A stretch of DNA of 64,000 nt. Origin: Azolla caroliniana. Lineage: Eukaryota > Plantae > Polypodiophyta. Numbering within the stretch: the first letter of the stretch is position 1; each line of letters starts with the position of its first letter. Of the stretch, positions 24,901 to 35,633 are shown in pieces. Made by a program: the position numbers and the translations under genes. Below the pieces are notes generated by a model, which saw only the letters and a program-made list of their open reading frames with translations, was not told the DNA's origin and searched no databases. The stretch spans positions 4,774,001 through 4,838,000 of the forward strand of contig JBHGNT010000018.1 of NCBI GenBank assembly GCA_043228905.1, read 5' to 3'.

Positions 24901-27900
24901 GACCATCCACTTCAAATGGATGGTAGATCTGGTGACGATGCCAATGGGGGTAGGACAGATGCGGTACCTGGTCCTAGCGCGGGAGGATCTGACGAACCAA
25001 GTGGAAGGCCGGGCCCTTCCAAACAAAACGACCGCGGCCGTATGCCGGTTCCTAATCGAGGACGTGATATGCCGGTACGGGTGCGTCGGGAAGATCGTGG
25101 CTGACCGAGGGGAGTTGGACGCCGAAGAAGCCGCGGAGCTGTTCGACCGGCTGGGAGTCCAGCTCTCGCTCACCACTGCGTACAATCCGGAGGCGAATGG
25201 AAAGGTGGAGCGCGGACACGGACCGATCGTCAAGGCGTTGGTTCGGGCATGCGGAGGCCGAGCCGGTGACTGGCCGCGGCTGCTACCTTATGCTTTGTGG
25301 GCAGACCGGACCACGCACAGTTCGGTAACCGGGTACATGCCGACGGAGCTCATGTTCGGCCAGACGCCGATCATGCCAATTGAACGGACGATCTCCTCGT
25401 GGGCAACGGTCGACTGGAGGGACGAGATGAGCCGGGAGGAGTTGTTGGTCGCACGTATACGACAGCTCGAGCGGAGGCCGGAGGACGTGGCACTGGCTAC
25501 GGAGAAGCTCCGGGTGGCGAGGACAAAGAACAAAGCCCGGTTCGACCGAACGCACCGGCTACGACCGAAGAAAATCGAAGAAGGTGACTGGGTGCTCGTC
25601 TACGACAGCAGCCTCGACAACCAGCACCGAGCCACACGGAAGTTCGCACGAAGGTGGTTCGGGCCTTACGTGGTACGGAGCGCCAATGACAACGGGACAT
25701 ATCACCTGGCGGAACTTGACGGCACGAGAATGGCGATACCGGTTGCAGGGAAGCGGATCAAAGCGTTCAAGAAGCGACACGACGACGAGCCAGACCCGGC
25801 TCTCCTGGTCGGCAGTGACGAACGATCCGAAAATGAAGAAGAACCGACGGGCGAGGAATGAAGACGGGCCGGTTTTCTCCGTCCCAACTCTCTTGGCGCA
25901 TACCGGAGGATGCGCGGTTAGGTGGGGGCGGATGTCGTGAAGAAAACCGTCCATAGGCGGAATCGGCGCACCAAGGCGTGGGAACCGGTTCTTCACGCGC
26001 GCACGCTCCGAGTTGTACATAGAAACGAATTGAGAGGATAATCGGCAGGAACGGGCCCTAACTCAAGTGGAGACAAAGACCGCGCGAACAGTCTTTTCGG
26101 TCGCGCGCGCGAACTGTACGAGTCGGCGGCGTAACTACGCGGATCCGTGAAAAACGGAGCGGATCCCTGTCCAAAAGGGACAGGGAATAAAGCTGACACG
26201 ACGGCCTGTTCGTCGGCCTATATAAGGAGCGGGAAAGAGCTGTTGCAGGGATCTGGCGCGGAGAGGACGAAGTGCTGTCGGACCGTTTCTGGACGCTTCG
26301 CTCTCTCTGTTTCCTTCCTTCTTGAGCTCCAAAGCTTTCTGTGCAGGGTTCCGGGGAGGCTCGCGCTGTTTCGAGGAACGCCCGAGTGCTTCCGGCAGCA
26401 CCTCCGACCTGCTACCCCCCCCCCATTTCCCCGTTTGTGCGTCGAAGCGAACAGGCATCGGCATCTGTTCGCCGGCCTGTTCGGTTGCAACCAACCTGTG
26501 CCCCATCGGGGGTTGTAGTCGTGTTAGCCATTTTGTTAATACACATATTTAGTCATTCGCATCCGTCTGTGTCGGTGTCTGTTCGCGTTCTCCGTGCTGA
26601 AGGGCCGTGTCCCTGTGTATCCCCGGTCCTGCGTAGCCGGTTCTCTCTCTTTCTCCTCCCTCGCTTGCTCTTTGGTTCGAGACCCCCGCGGTCCCGCCTC
26701 TATTCCACACGCACTTGCGTAATATCTCGACAACGTGTTAACATCTCATAACCAGGGTAGAAGTAGTCTCCTTGTATAGCATCCAATACACAATCAAACC
26801 CTTCAATCCTAACCACACCAAGAAATTAAAATAATTATCAATAACCCTCTTCTTGAGCATAACACTGAACAAGCCCTGAATTTCCTAATATAATGGTCCT
26901 TGTTTGATTCCTTGCCATTAAAATGGGCAGTTTTAGCAAAAAGGATAAATGGTAAGAGGTTACATTTCTACACCTTCCTTTTTATTCAGAAATTCAAGTG
27001 TCAATAATAATCGTCATCAAAACATGATTATCAGGCTATATCAATATATAAGCCCCCTACTAAATCTTCCTTTTTATTCAGAAATTCAAGTGTCAACAAT
27101 CATCATCAAAACATGATTAGCAGACTATATCAATATATAAAACATTTAGCTCCCCACCCCCCTACTAAACAGTTACTCTGCCATATGGCATTTCAGCACC
27201 ACTGGCACTAAGTGTAAAGGAAATGATCTTGACTCTGTCAATGCAGACAATGTAATATACTAATGTATTATTTACATATTTATTTCTGGTAACAAATAAG
27301 ACAACAATAAAGATCCCTCCTCTGGAATCAAATATGAAAATATGTTGTTTTCTCATAGTCATTAGTAAATATATGCCTTAAGATTAGTACTTATATGGTC
27401 TCATTTTGTTTGATTATGTTCCTGTTTCCCTTTCCAGATATTTATTTTTTTCTTTAAATAAAATTCGTTCAGGCTTACGTACTACAGAGAAGTATTATTA
27501 ACTTACCCTCACTCCATCTACAAAATAAATATTTAACGACCTGTCTAGAGATGGTAATCAAAATAACTACTTTTACTTGAACTATTGAAACTCAATAAGT
27601 ATACAAAAACGTACCCCATTTGGGATAGGATTGAGGCCAACTGCTCCTTAAAAACTTTATTTCCACCTTTTCGAACAATTATACGCTCCTCTGGTAGGAA
27701 ATCAGAACCCCACCTATCCACTAGATGTTGAACCTGTTCACCTAGTAAGCACAGATAGTTAGTGACGTATACATCCATACATGCACACATGAATACATCC
27801 ACACAGCAAACATATTACAGAGATAATGTGTATTTATCTGTGTGTGTGAATATATACAAAAATAAACATATAGATAGGAGAGGTAAAACATGAGTGGATC

Positions 27901-30900
27901 AGACAACGAATTCTATCAAAAGATGATGCTGTATGACATCATGTCCTCTGTAATGAGTCACCTAGGGGATTACACCGTATCTTGGGCAATGTTACTATGC
28001 ATCCACTGATGCAGACCACAACTTTATGTGATAATCTGCATATCCCTGGGTGTCCAGAGAGCTAAATAGACTGCCTAATCAAGCAATATCCCTCTACAAG
28101 GTGTTACTTTCCACGGATGTCTCTTGCCATGGCCGTCTCAAGAAGTCTGAACTCTGACTTCGTCAGGCCCTGCTAATTCAAGAAAGATTCCAAATCTATG
28201 GATCTCTAGTAAAAACAGCCCCAAAAATCCCTGATCATAGAAATGCATGATCCGGGGGAGAATATCCCATCAGTGATGTGGAGAAAATGATCTCAATTGA
28301 AGGTCATCTTTGTAACTAGCTTCTGCGTATGTCTCGTCCTTATCCTCTTAGCCTCTAGCTGATCAAGCTTCTGCCTGATGACTTTGTTGATCTCTGAGTA
28401 AGAGAGAGAGAGAGAGAGAGAGTGTCTGTGTGTGTGTGATGTGTATGATTAAACCTCGAAATATACGTAAGATCATTGTCTGCCTTCAGACAATAAACTT
28501 TCATGGAACAGGCATGTATATGCTCCACTGGTCATTTCATTGTAATCTATTTTACTCTGTTTCAATTTATATCGATGTTTTACCTATGTAATATGAGGTA
28601 TTACAAGAAAAGACTGCATGTGCACATATATATATGTACGTATGTACATGTACATAATCTGTATAGAAGGAAGACATCTCATTTCAATTTCAATCATGCA
28701 AGTATCTATATTAAATCATGAGTTTTGACGTTCCACCACCAGCAGTACAGTAGGACCTTGGAAACATTGCCAACTGTTGCAATAACATTTATCTTGAGCT
28801 TTTTACAAATGCCTAACGCAAAAGAACCACAGCCTCCAGCAGCCGAATGCAGAAGAAGAGTTTGTCCTGCCTTCATGTTCCCTAACTCCCGAAGAGCATA
28901 TATCATGGTCAATCCCTGTCAATAAAACAAATTCAAGACCAAAGTTCAGAACAAAGTGACTGATGTAGAAAAATCCAAGAGTCAGACATCTAGCATGTTT
29001 TCCTTTAGACATTTTTAGGATATAACCTCAGGAGACAAAAGCATATACCTTTGTAAACTCCACATTTATGGGCCAAAAAATTGAGAAAGAAAGAAAGATA
29101 TATAACATCTTCTAAGAGGTCAAAAATGGCCTTTCAGACTGAATGAGATATTAGATCTTCTAGGGATGCAGACAGCTTGACCCATCTCAATCTCTAGCCT
29201 GTGTGACGATACTCTTAGCTAATTTATAGTACCCATGAGCTGTGGGACATTTCTATATAGGAATGACCTAGATTCACATTGTGATTTGTGCCTCTATTCA
29301 TGTCCATCAATCAGCTCAGCCAGTGTATCAAATGATACTCTCTGCAACAGTCATACAGGAGACCTATCCTTTGACTCATTATAAGTTCAGAAACTTGATA
29401 TTTGGTTGCCAAGAGGCTTGAAAGCTAAGGTCCGATATGCCAAAATGAGCAACAAAATGAATGAGCAACAAGAAAATATAATGCTTGCAAGGGGAGAGAA
29501 AGTAGAGAAGGAACTTAAAAGAGCACATCCTAGACAAACATGGAGAGTTAAGGCAACTGGCTGGTAAAGTAATGATTAGATCCAAAAATATACACATGAC
29601 ATCTACTGTTACGAGACATATTGCTACAAAAGTTCATACTTTTCATATGCAACCTCTGTTCTAACCAGAGGCAGATCTAGAAGGTCCTTTCTGCTAGATG
29701 TTAAAAGAGAAGAAATCAGACATCAGTAAACAATAAAATATTCCAACAACACAAGTTCCTGTTTGAACTGTAAAGATGCACATTAAACCTGAACAGGGAA
29801 GGCAGCTCCTTCTGCAAATGACCATCCATCTGGAACATCTCGCAGATAATTTATGTCCACATTGATTTGAGATGCATAAGCACCAAACCTAGTTACACCC
29901 ATTACTTTTCTACCCACATTTTCAGCATCAACTCCTTCACCAACAGCTTCAATTAGACCAGAAAACTGCAGAAAAGAGTGTACACAATCTTTCAACATTC
30001 TAACAGTAATTTAATAACAGAAATTTATCTGATGCTATTATACTTCATTCAGCCACACAACCATACACTAGACTTTACCTCTAGTCCAGGTGTGTAGCTC
30101 CCTTGAGGTGAGGCGGAGTATAAACCAAGACAAGTAAACACTGAAATTATGCAAATCCATATATAATAAGAGACCCGATTTGCTGTTAAACATCGTGCAA
30201 GAATCCCATTCTTTTTAACCTTTTTGAACACACTGAGGTCAGTAGACCTTGTGAAGTAAAACATATATTTAGCATTGGTACCAAACTCTCAAAAGTACAT
30301 GTGTGTATCTTAATTTATCTCTCTTAGATTTAATAGATAGATTGATTAATAGATAAATGGATGGATAGATACATTCATTCTGTACGATGATATACTTTTG
30401 TCATTAATCTAACATGACTTTTTAATAGTTTTAGTGCAAGATATTTTATTGTTCCTTCAAGAAACCTGGACCATTAATGAATCATTTAAAATAAGACAAA
30501 AAATATTTGAGACTTAAAAATACATATGTTAAAAATTAGCATCTCTTACAAGAAAGAATATCCATTTTAAAGTTTATGTGGTATGAGGGAGATTGTAATG
30601 AGAATGCCAATATGCAAACAAGGACACAACCAAAATCTATGGAGTTATGAGACCTCTTTGTTATTGAGAAATATGTCTAAATATATAGATTGATAGATAT
30701 GTAAGAAACTATAAAAAAATATACCATCAGCAAAGTTAAGTCCAATTGCTTTTACTGCAACCCTAGCTTCTCTCAATCCAGGGGCTGGTAACTTATCAGT
30801 GACCTACAACACAACTTCAAGTGCTGAGTTAACATGTGAAATAATTATGACTCAACCGATCATTTCCATATCTCTTTCTATATCTTTCTCCACTAACTTA

Positions 30901-33715
30901 ACATAGGAAGAATGAGAGATATAAATGTATTAACATCTTTTAAGAGGCCAAAATGACTTATCAGACCAAACAAGAGATTGCAATCAAATATCTTAAGTTT
31001 GAAGTTCCCTCCAAGCATAGATGGACTGAGCATGCTACATGCCTCTTAGAAGCAGAAAAGAGGGTAAAGTATGCATTTGAGTACATATGCATTGATGGAG
31101 AAATTAAATGTTGGATTCTTTTAAAATGCTTGTTTGACACATTGGTAACACCAGCCAATTGTAGACGGAATCAATGTGCAACTTATTGCTTAGAAGCAGG
31201 AAAGAGAGTTTCGTATGCATTAACAGATGCAATGGTTGAAAATTTGAATTTCTGGTCTCAAGAAATACCTCATTGACACACTATCGGCATTTGTGCTTCT
31301 CTATGGGGTTGAGGTATGGAGCTGTAGCATTCCCAAACTCTACTAAGGAGACTCGAAAAGTCCAAAAGCACTTTCATATTAAGTTTCTTCAAACAAGACA
31401 CAAACACCATACAGGCTTCTACTTCTTGCGACCAGATCACTTTCAAATGAGATCATAGCCATGGAAAGGGTCATTGTGTACATGCTTAAGGTTCAAAAAT
31501 ACCTTCACATCAACTTCCTAGGATTGCGTGGGAAGCAAGTAAAAACATTCAAAATATACAAGAACGCAAAATTTTGAATTCCAGATGGATGAAATATATG
31601 AAAAAATGGTTTGGACAATGGGATGCATCACATGCTACCTTTGTGAATTAAGTTTTTTTGCAACGCCAATGTATCACAGGTTGGGAAAGATTAGGAAGCT
31701 CATGTTTCACAGATATATTATATATGTTAGACCAAACTACAAAACCATCTCGAAATGGGGAAACCGCATTCATTGGTACATGCTTGAACATTGACAATGA
31801 TAAAATCTCTCTCTAGAGCGCATAACAAGGATGGATGGATTCATAAAGAGATCAAGGTACAAAGATACATGCATGCCCTATAGTGTAACAATGATTCACT
31901 TTTGGGTGCCATAGTTCATATTAACTTCCAAGGACAGTAATAAAATCTCTCTAGAGCTCATAACGAGGATGGATGGATTCATGAAGAGATCAAGGTATCA
32001 ACATATCTGCATGCTCTATAGTGCTTGCAAAGCAATAGACCAACTCAAAATTTCCTCCTACCTAGAGATCGAGGCAAGATGAACACTCACATACCTAGAG
32101 ATAAAAGATTCAACAAGTTATGTGAAGGAGAGATTTAAAGTGAGGAGGATTTTGTGTGTGGGTGCCTAACTTTCAACTACATCATAAATTATGCTACCCT
32201 CTACACAGACCCTACCACCATTCAACAAATGAAAAAGGCAGCTGACCCACGACAGTTTGGCCAAATGTTCCTCGAGCTTCAAAAGCATAGACAATCAGCC
32301 TTAAATTAGTATGCAGGATGCAACGAAAATCGCACAGCACTGATTTCGTCCATAGCTCTCTCCAATAACAACATGCCGAGGAGTCACCATAGCGGGAGCA
32401 GAGGAATGCCAAAACAACAAAGGAGACTGTAATTACTAGGGACAGCACATAAGCCATACAATCACCAAATTATGAACATAGTTGCTACCCACATCCAATC
32501 CTCAAAAAGGACACCCAAATTTACTTGTTAAACTTCATCGCCACTACTCTCATACATATTAGCTATGCACTTCATGCTTGTAAACCATCACAAAAATCAT
32601 TCCACCACATGTTATAGATCCTTAGAAAGCCCAGAACTTTTATCTTTGTTAGTATGGGTTACATGATTTCACCCATATTTATAACCATGATTTTGTCTCA
32701 TATGCAGATTTTTGTCTCTAGTAGAGATTAACGAGCATTGCAATTGAAAGTATCGATATACATTCAAAGAAAGAGAAGACTAAGAGAATTACCAGAAATT
32801 TCTCTACGCCCTAGAGAAAGCAAATGCATGTGGAGAAAGTAAATGAATGTGGAAATTTCGGAGAAACCTTAAGAGAAAACATGTTGAGAATTATAGTAGC
32901 TTAACTCTTATGGAATTCTGTGTCCATTGTAAGAACTTATATGAAATTCAAATGCACGAAAGACGAGGTGTTATGGTTATATTTCAAAACCCTTCCTACT
33001 CTACTTTTGTGGATGTATCCATAGGGCTTAAGAAATTGGCCATTTGGAAGGCAAGAGATCTTTGATATATTCCAGACTAAAATGCTCAAATGGACAGGAA
33101 AGGAAACACATGTTCGGATAAGTCATATGTTTAGTTGTGCATTGCAACATGCCATGCCTCATGATTGGAGTTTGAACATTGAGAGTCACTACTCAATTCC
33201 AAAAATATTACATAAAAATGTTTCTCTCTGTCTCTCTCACATCAATCGCATTTCCTACTTCTACAACCACATGTTTCTCTCTCTTTCGCAAATATTATGC
33301 AGAATAAGTAACAAGCACCTCCCAACAGCAACGTCCAAAAATCTTTAAGATTTTGCATCAACCACATCTCCTACTTCTCCAACCCATAGTTGAAACAAGT
33401 GGGTAAACCGAGAATGCAATATCTATTTTTCCTGCCAATTTAATAACCAAGAAGGCATTGATAACTCCCTTAACAGGGAGCTACCCCCCACTCTATTGGA
33501 TGGCAGTACCCACTCAAAGAAAGAGAGGGCAAGGAATTTTCTTGCCACATTATAGTCCATTGTTAAGCACGTGAAGAGCAAGGAATCGTATGTGGAGTAC
33601 TTACATTAATTGTTACCACGATGCATTAATCATAGTTCCCCCATGTGTTATACCCTCTTTCTCAATAAAATGTTATAGAATATATACCTTTGGTTGTGAT
33701 TGTAAGTAAGTCTGG

Positions 33716-33788
<73 letters not shown>

Positions 33789-34115
33789 CCTATAGATAGG
33801 AAGATAAGATAGAGAGGGAGATATGAACAAAAACTAGAAGGGTTACTTGGAAGCATACCAGTTGAAGTTCAGAAATTCTTCCTGTCTTGTTTGCCCTGTC
33901 ATATACACCAAAACCAAAACGAGTAATGAAGGAGAAGAAGAAGACTACAATGTGTATTTCCACCTCATACACAAAAAGTAAGGTTCTACACAGATACACA
34001 CAAACATACACATATATTTTAACACGTGCCTCCAAATCCTCCTACTCATCTCGTCCATCTTCTGAGGCGATGAAGCTGAAGGTGGTAAAGGGGCCGTGGC
34101 CATGGCCACAACCAT
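18979..34115 (-). CDS. MDR-family oxidoreductase (VAT-1/quinone oxidoreductase-like, ~374 aa), disrupted in this allele by a Gypsy insertion. Exons 34115-34030, 33895-33859, 30803-30725, 30140-30079, 29965-29789, 28915-28757, 27733-27615, 26808-26733+19398-19258, 19167-18979
   Basis: Spliced frame is continuous: [54 protein letters not shown] (Rossmann)..GFDCVLDA..GGRYVVYG..NKSVM-AFNLIW..TVGKVV. Removing the element plus one ACGT restores the frame. Confidence 0.88.
19403..20202 (+). repeat. 5' LTR (800 bp)
   Basis: Matches 25933-26732 with no difference seen by eye (the ORF track gives identical peptides at offset 6530); TATATAA at ~19689. Confidence 0.97.
20207..20224 (+). other. Primer-binding site complementary to the 3' end of cytosolic tRNA-Trp
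   Basis: TGGTGAACCCGACGTGAA is the reverse complement of TTCACGTCGGGTTCACCA, the plant tRNA-Trp(CCA) 3' end plus CCA as I recall it. It starts after a 4-nt spacer following the LTR. Confidence 0.85.
20247..22373 (+). CDS. gag: Retrotransposon Gag-protease ORF1
   Basis: Open frame from ATG 20247; CCHC knuckle CMWCDEVGHVRKDC; aspartic-protease-like ALVDHGSEINLM...VILGEPY near the C-terminus. Confidence 0.93.
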   Translation: MRGSDLAEAMASAVDRIVNAREGTGALDRAIEAVVGTIGRFDGRDATKYLASYGAEMLMRDIPEERRLAGFPRVAMPSIHAEVLEVRAESRTWEEFEGRLLEKYGLDDALRLSKRRFMEWVEFPGKGRNASALLREFEENFARLSALDRTILDTSRVLLFVKSVDERDREQVGLLLETEDGLTTDWAAVRKVCGRFDKRREWADNGATGSGSVAARKLEPAPQVRKEETREWLETGSASTGVVRGSTGGAALEELTKAIKDLQIAQARREGGEPARDRRPAAGNRCMWCDEVGHVRKDCGDFAEALRDRVVYLWEGRVHASDTRRALSRNDGKGGMKRLMEEAAARHAETVHYSASAGIRVGGGEARKESKAGFWPTMLEGLAGAGLKREESDRAEKRVREMTGWSDPVEERTGFVEAACRNYEALVEEKRVGKPGTTGPSQRYETRSGPRRDEAGRAGTQDKPQKGGYRLGTEIERTTDLRKVLEERILDSKVELSLREVLGIAKKEFHDSIVDLVKRKRLSTETEPERPVEVRTTHLDDMALGDEWAESHYSRPHWARATTETPVKIGDVQEPVIALVDHGSEINLMSMDFYKKGKWPINTKHGWKIRAATRATEELHGACPNVRVKIGDVEIDQHFFVQETSSHPVILGEPYITAARMETKVLDNGSAYARVKSQDGRHSVQFLTVRPNHERNRDSLGSDNREDF
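22364..22429 (+). promoter_or_regulatory. Predicted -1 ribosomal frameshift signal (G_GAT_TTT + 6-nt spacer + H-type pseudoknot)
   Basis: Heptamer lies directly before the ORF1 TAG, and the -1 frame is open into pol. Stem 1 pairs GGGCTG (22377-82) with CAGTCC (22402-07); stem 2 pairs GTGGGG (22390-95) with CCCCAC (22424-29). Confidence 0.75.
22370..25861 (+). CDS. pol: Retrotransposon Pol ORF2 (RT-RNase H-integrase), -1 frame
   Basis: RT (DLYSGYDQ, LPQG, FLDD), RNase H (VDTS, ELWG, ETDC, ADMLSR), integrase HHCC (HDSPWAGH..CGSC), DDE (VDL, ADRG, VERGH) and GPY; no stops from the slippery site to 25861. Confidence 0.95.
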   Translation, partial: LERAAKAWGRDSPDTPGKPHTCTIKPKKPCTIGREFLFSDNGACAMVGIAGREKTKTEARLRACGVLGPDEEINGAVEAVSFDDTLGMLGKVVEEGLNDDRTIPVCSEEMYEVIADFGRGLESVRTAHVNTKYKTVDRKVRPVAAPLPEDSASRIKGVASDPSLRDPACIGHTFTDETLRELKIGGGGFLLPAEEDRFRRMLGRHGKAFAFSPEEIGCVDPTIVEPMVIFTVPHVPWNLKPIPVPRAHIPKLMELLRQKVDMGILKPSSAPYSNRWFTVPKKNGSLRFIQDLQPVNRVTIRNAGIGPTIDEFAEAFAGRSIYSVGDLYSGYDQFQLAVESRDLTTMRTPLGLVRMCTLPQGGTNSVAHMVNAMNKVLRDCVPDITMPFLDDIPIKGCPVEEKDETIGPDGCRRFVATHVDDCEKVLQRLEDARLTFSGEKSAFGQSEIMVVGHLCGPYGRKPSPAKVEAISAMKPDCSSVTEVRRFLGACAFYHIWIPHYAHVVEPLYGLLKKGRRFEWLDKHAESVRKLKEALAAAPALRKAVYGKGTPVFITVDTSPTGIGWVVNQEDEDGNRFPNRFGAKVLSERQRGYAQVKRELWGIVSAVKADKDYLIGTEVIIETDCLPILGMVSGCATPDLAMLRWIAYIKSLDPEIRHISGKDNAMADMLSRARFDDEGGMVSEDEEVGVDFFEAAYITTDGMSTPALNEFDASKYDGEWLQIGGFLKTMTPDASWTKDEANRIRKKAYRFFLRDGHLWKHPKKRDGVPLRVVAMKEEQEELLTAYHDSPWAGHRGTWATFEKLKGKYWWPGQYRDVHRFVTTCGSCQMHSIVRHRDELHPTYPPTIHFKWMVDLVTMPMGVGQMRYLVLAREDLTNQVEGRALPNKTTAAVCRFLIEDVICRYGCVGKIVADRGELDAEEAAELFDRLGVQLSLTTAYNPEANGKVERGHGPIVKALVRACGGRAGDWPRLLPYALWADRTTHSSVTGYMPTELMFGQTPIMPIERTISSWATVDWRDEMSREELLVARIRQLERRPEDVALATEKLRVARTKNKARFDRTHRLRPKKIEEGDWVLVYDSSLDNQHRATRKFARRWFGPYVVRSANDNGTYHLAELDGTRMAIPVAGKRIKAFKKRHDDEPDPALLVGSDERSENEEEPTGEE
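25920..25932 (+). other. Polypurine tract
   Basis: AGGTGGGGGCGGA immediately 5' of the 3' LTR. Confidence 0.7.
25933..26732 (+). repeat. 3' LTR (800 bp)
   Basis: Direct repeat of 19403-20202. Confidence 0.97.
26975..27140. repeat. Intronic ~90-bp tandem duplication
   Basis: cttcctttttattcagaaattcaagtgtcaa...ctatatcaatatataa occurs twice. Confidence 0.8.
29000..29500 (-). mobile_element. Old RTE-like LINE 3' fragment in an MDR intron
   Basis: Minus strand SHRLEIEMG at ~29180-29210 resembles the RTE C-terminal motif. Confidence 0.4.
30950..31795 (+). mobile_element. RTE-like LINE fragment related to 15630-17645, in an MDR intron
   Basis: KYLKFEVPSKHRW..LEAEKR..GEIKCWIL matches the 16550-17250 region, with an internal partial duplication. 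Confidence 0.85.
33718..33785. repeat. (CT)n microsatellite; others at 14247-14322, 15547-15600, 17781-17817 and (GT)n 34335-34368
   Basis: Direct reading. Confidence 0.95.
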
Positions 34116-34332
34116 AGCAGTGTTTGAATAGGAGAAAAAACAAGAGTGAATGATGAAATAGCCCATTATGTATATCAATTGTGAGTGAGTGTGTGTGTGT
34201 TGATAGGGGGGGTAATTTTGGCGATATGCCAGAAATGTGAGGGACATCGGACTAAATAAAGAAAACTCGCTTCTTCGGGTTTCATGTATGTTTGTACCAT
34301 GTACAAGTGGCACTTCCACGAGCACCTTCTAG

Positions 34333-34371
<39 letters not shown>

Positions 34372-35633
34372 GGGGGTGGGGACTCGTGTCCCAAGAAAAC
34401 GGACGACCTCTCTTGTCCATAGGCAACTTCAGCTCTCATGTTTAAATTAGTCAAATGAGCACATTCAGACATGTGTATAAAATAAACCAAAGCACACTCT
34501 TGTGAAGTCATAGACCTTTTTCGTCATTTCTGTTGGTTCGTGGCCTTTTGTTGACACTCTGGCCCACTTGTACGCTCTATTAATGGGGCAAGATCTCATT
34601 CGGCATTCTCCACCAATGTGTGTTGGGCATACTTATATGTGGAAAGCATGCAAGGACTATTCTTTCCCAGCATTAACTTTTACATATTTGCCTCAAACGA
34701 AAAGGTAACTAAACACGTGTGTCATTTGCAAAGGTCTATTGCACAATTCATAATTGTACGTGTACATATCATTATGCAACCTTCTTTGTCAGTGGTTAAT
34801 GGATCCCAATTGCCATAACAAAACTTGGATTTAATAAAGACATTTTCTTAGGGTTACCACAACAGTTAGACGAATAAGCACTCTGCCCAAACCATGATAA
34901 AACATAAGATCATTGATCATATATTTTCCTGACAAGGATATTACATCACTAATCCCATCATTATTGACTATTAGATCACTCCAAATGAATGTAAATTTAA
35001 ACAATACACATACATTGCATTGTTACTTGGTAGATTTTCAAATGCTTTCCTATGGTGCGACTTCGTGGATTTTAGAAAAGCTTCTAACAGCCCCCAAGAA
35101 CAAAAATGTAGATAAACCAGCAACTCGGAAGAAGGTGATACGTAGCAAATTAAAAGTTTACAACTTACTCCCTCATATATGTTGATAATTTGTCACTACT
35201 CTACAAATGCTGTAAAATCTTTTCAAAACTTGTCTCATAGAAAGGAAACTCATGTTCAAACTGATGCCACCATTCTTAGGGTAGTACCTTTGAATCAAAC
35301 TTGGAAGGGTTCTGAAATCAATATCTCATTCTTCGTTTGCATTCCAAATGATTTATACCTTTGCCAGCTACTGAAATCCCAGAGAACAGATATCATCTAC
35401 AGATTTCGGAAAGTATCATTACATTTCCTTCTTTGTAAACAATATAGTGCCAAGCTAGGCATAAGAACGTACACAATGATATTCACCTCAAATGTATGTA
35501 CAGAATGATCCTGACCCAGCTAATATGATAGCCAAGAAAGGCACCAAAAACCTTGAAGCAAAGACTCTAAATGCAAACAAAACCCAATACCACCAAATTG
35601 TGGATGCTTTCAGAAGTTGTTGAAATGAATCTT

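Larger units (their letters stand above)
19403..26732 (+). mobile_element. Intact, young Ty3/Gypsy LTR retrotransposon (7330 bp), 4-bp TSD ACGT
   Basis: Two 800-bp LTRs (TGTCG...CGACA), PBS, PPT, and open gag-PR and RT-RH-IN frames. ACGT occurs at 19399-19402 and 26733-26736. Confidence 0.98.

Noticed and set aside
20402-25555. Long antisense and alternative-frame ORFs over gag/pol (e.g. 270, 258 and 311 aa)
   Set aside because: Expected shadows of GC-rich coding DNA with few stop codons; no recognisable motifs.
19403-26732. Microbial contamination or mis-assembly as the source of the GC-rich block
   Set aside because: Precise TG..CA ends, a matching TSD, and host exon halves that rejoin in frame indicate a genuine insertion.
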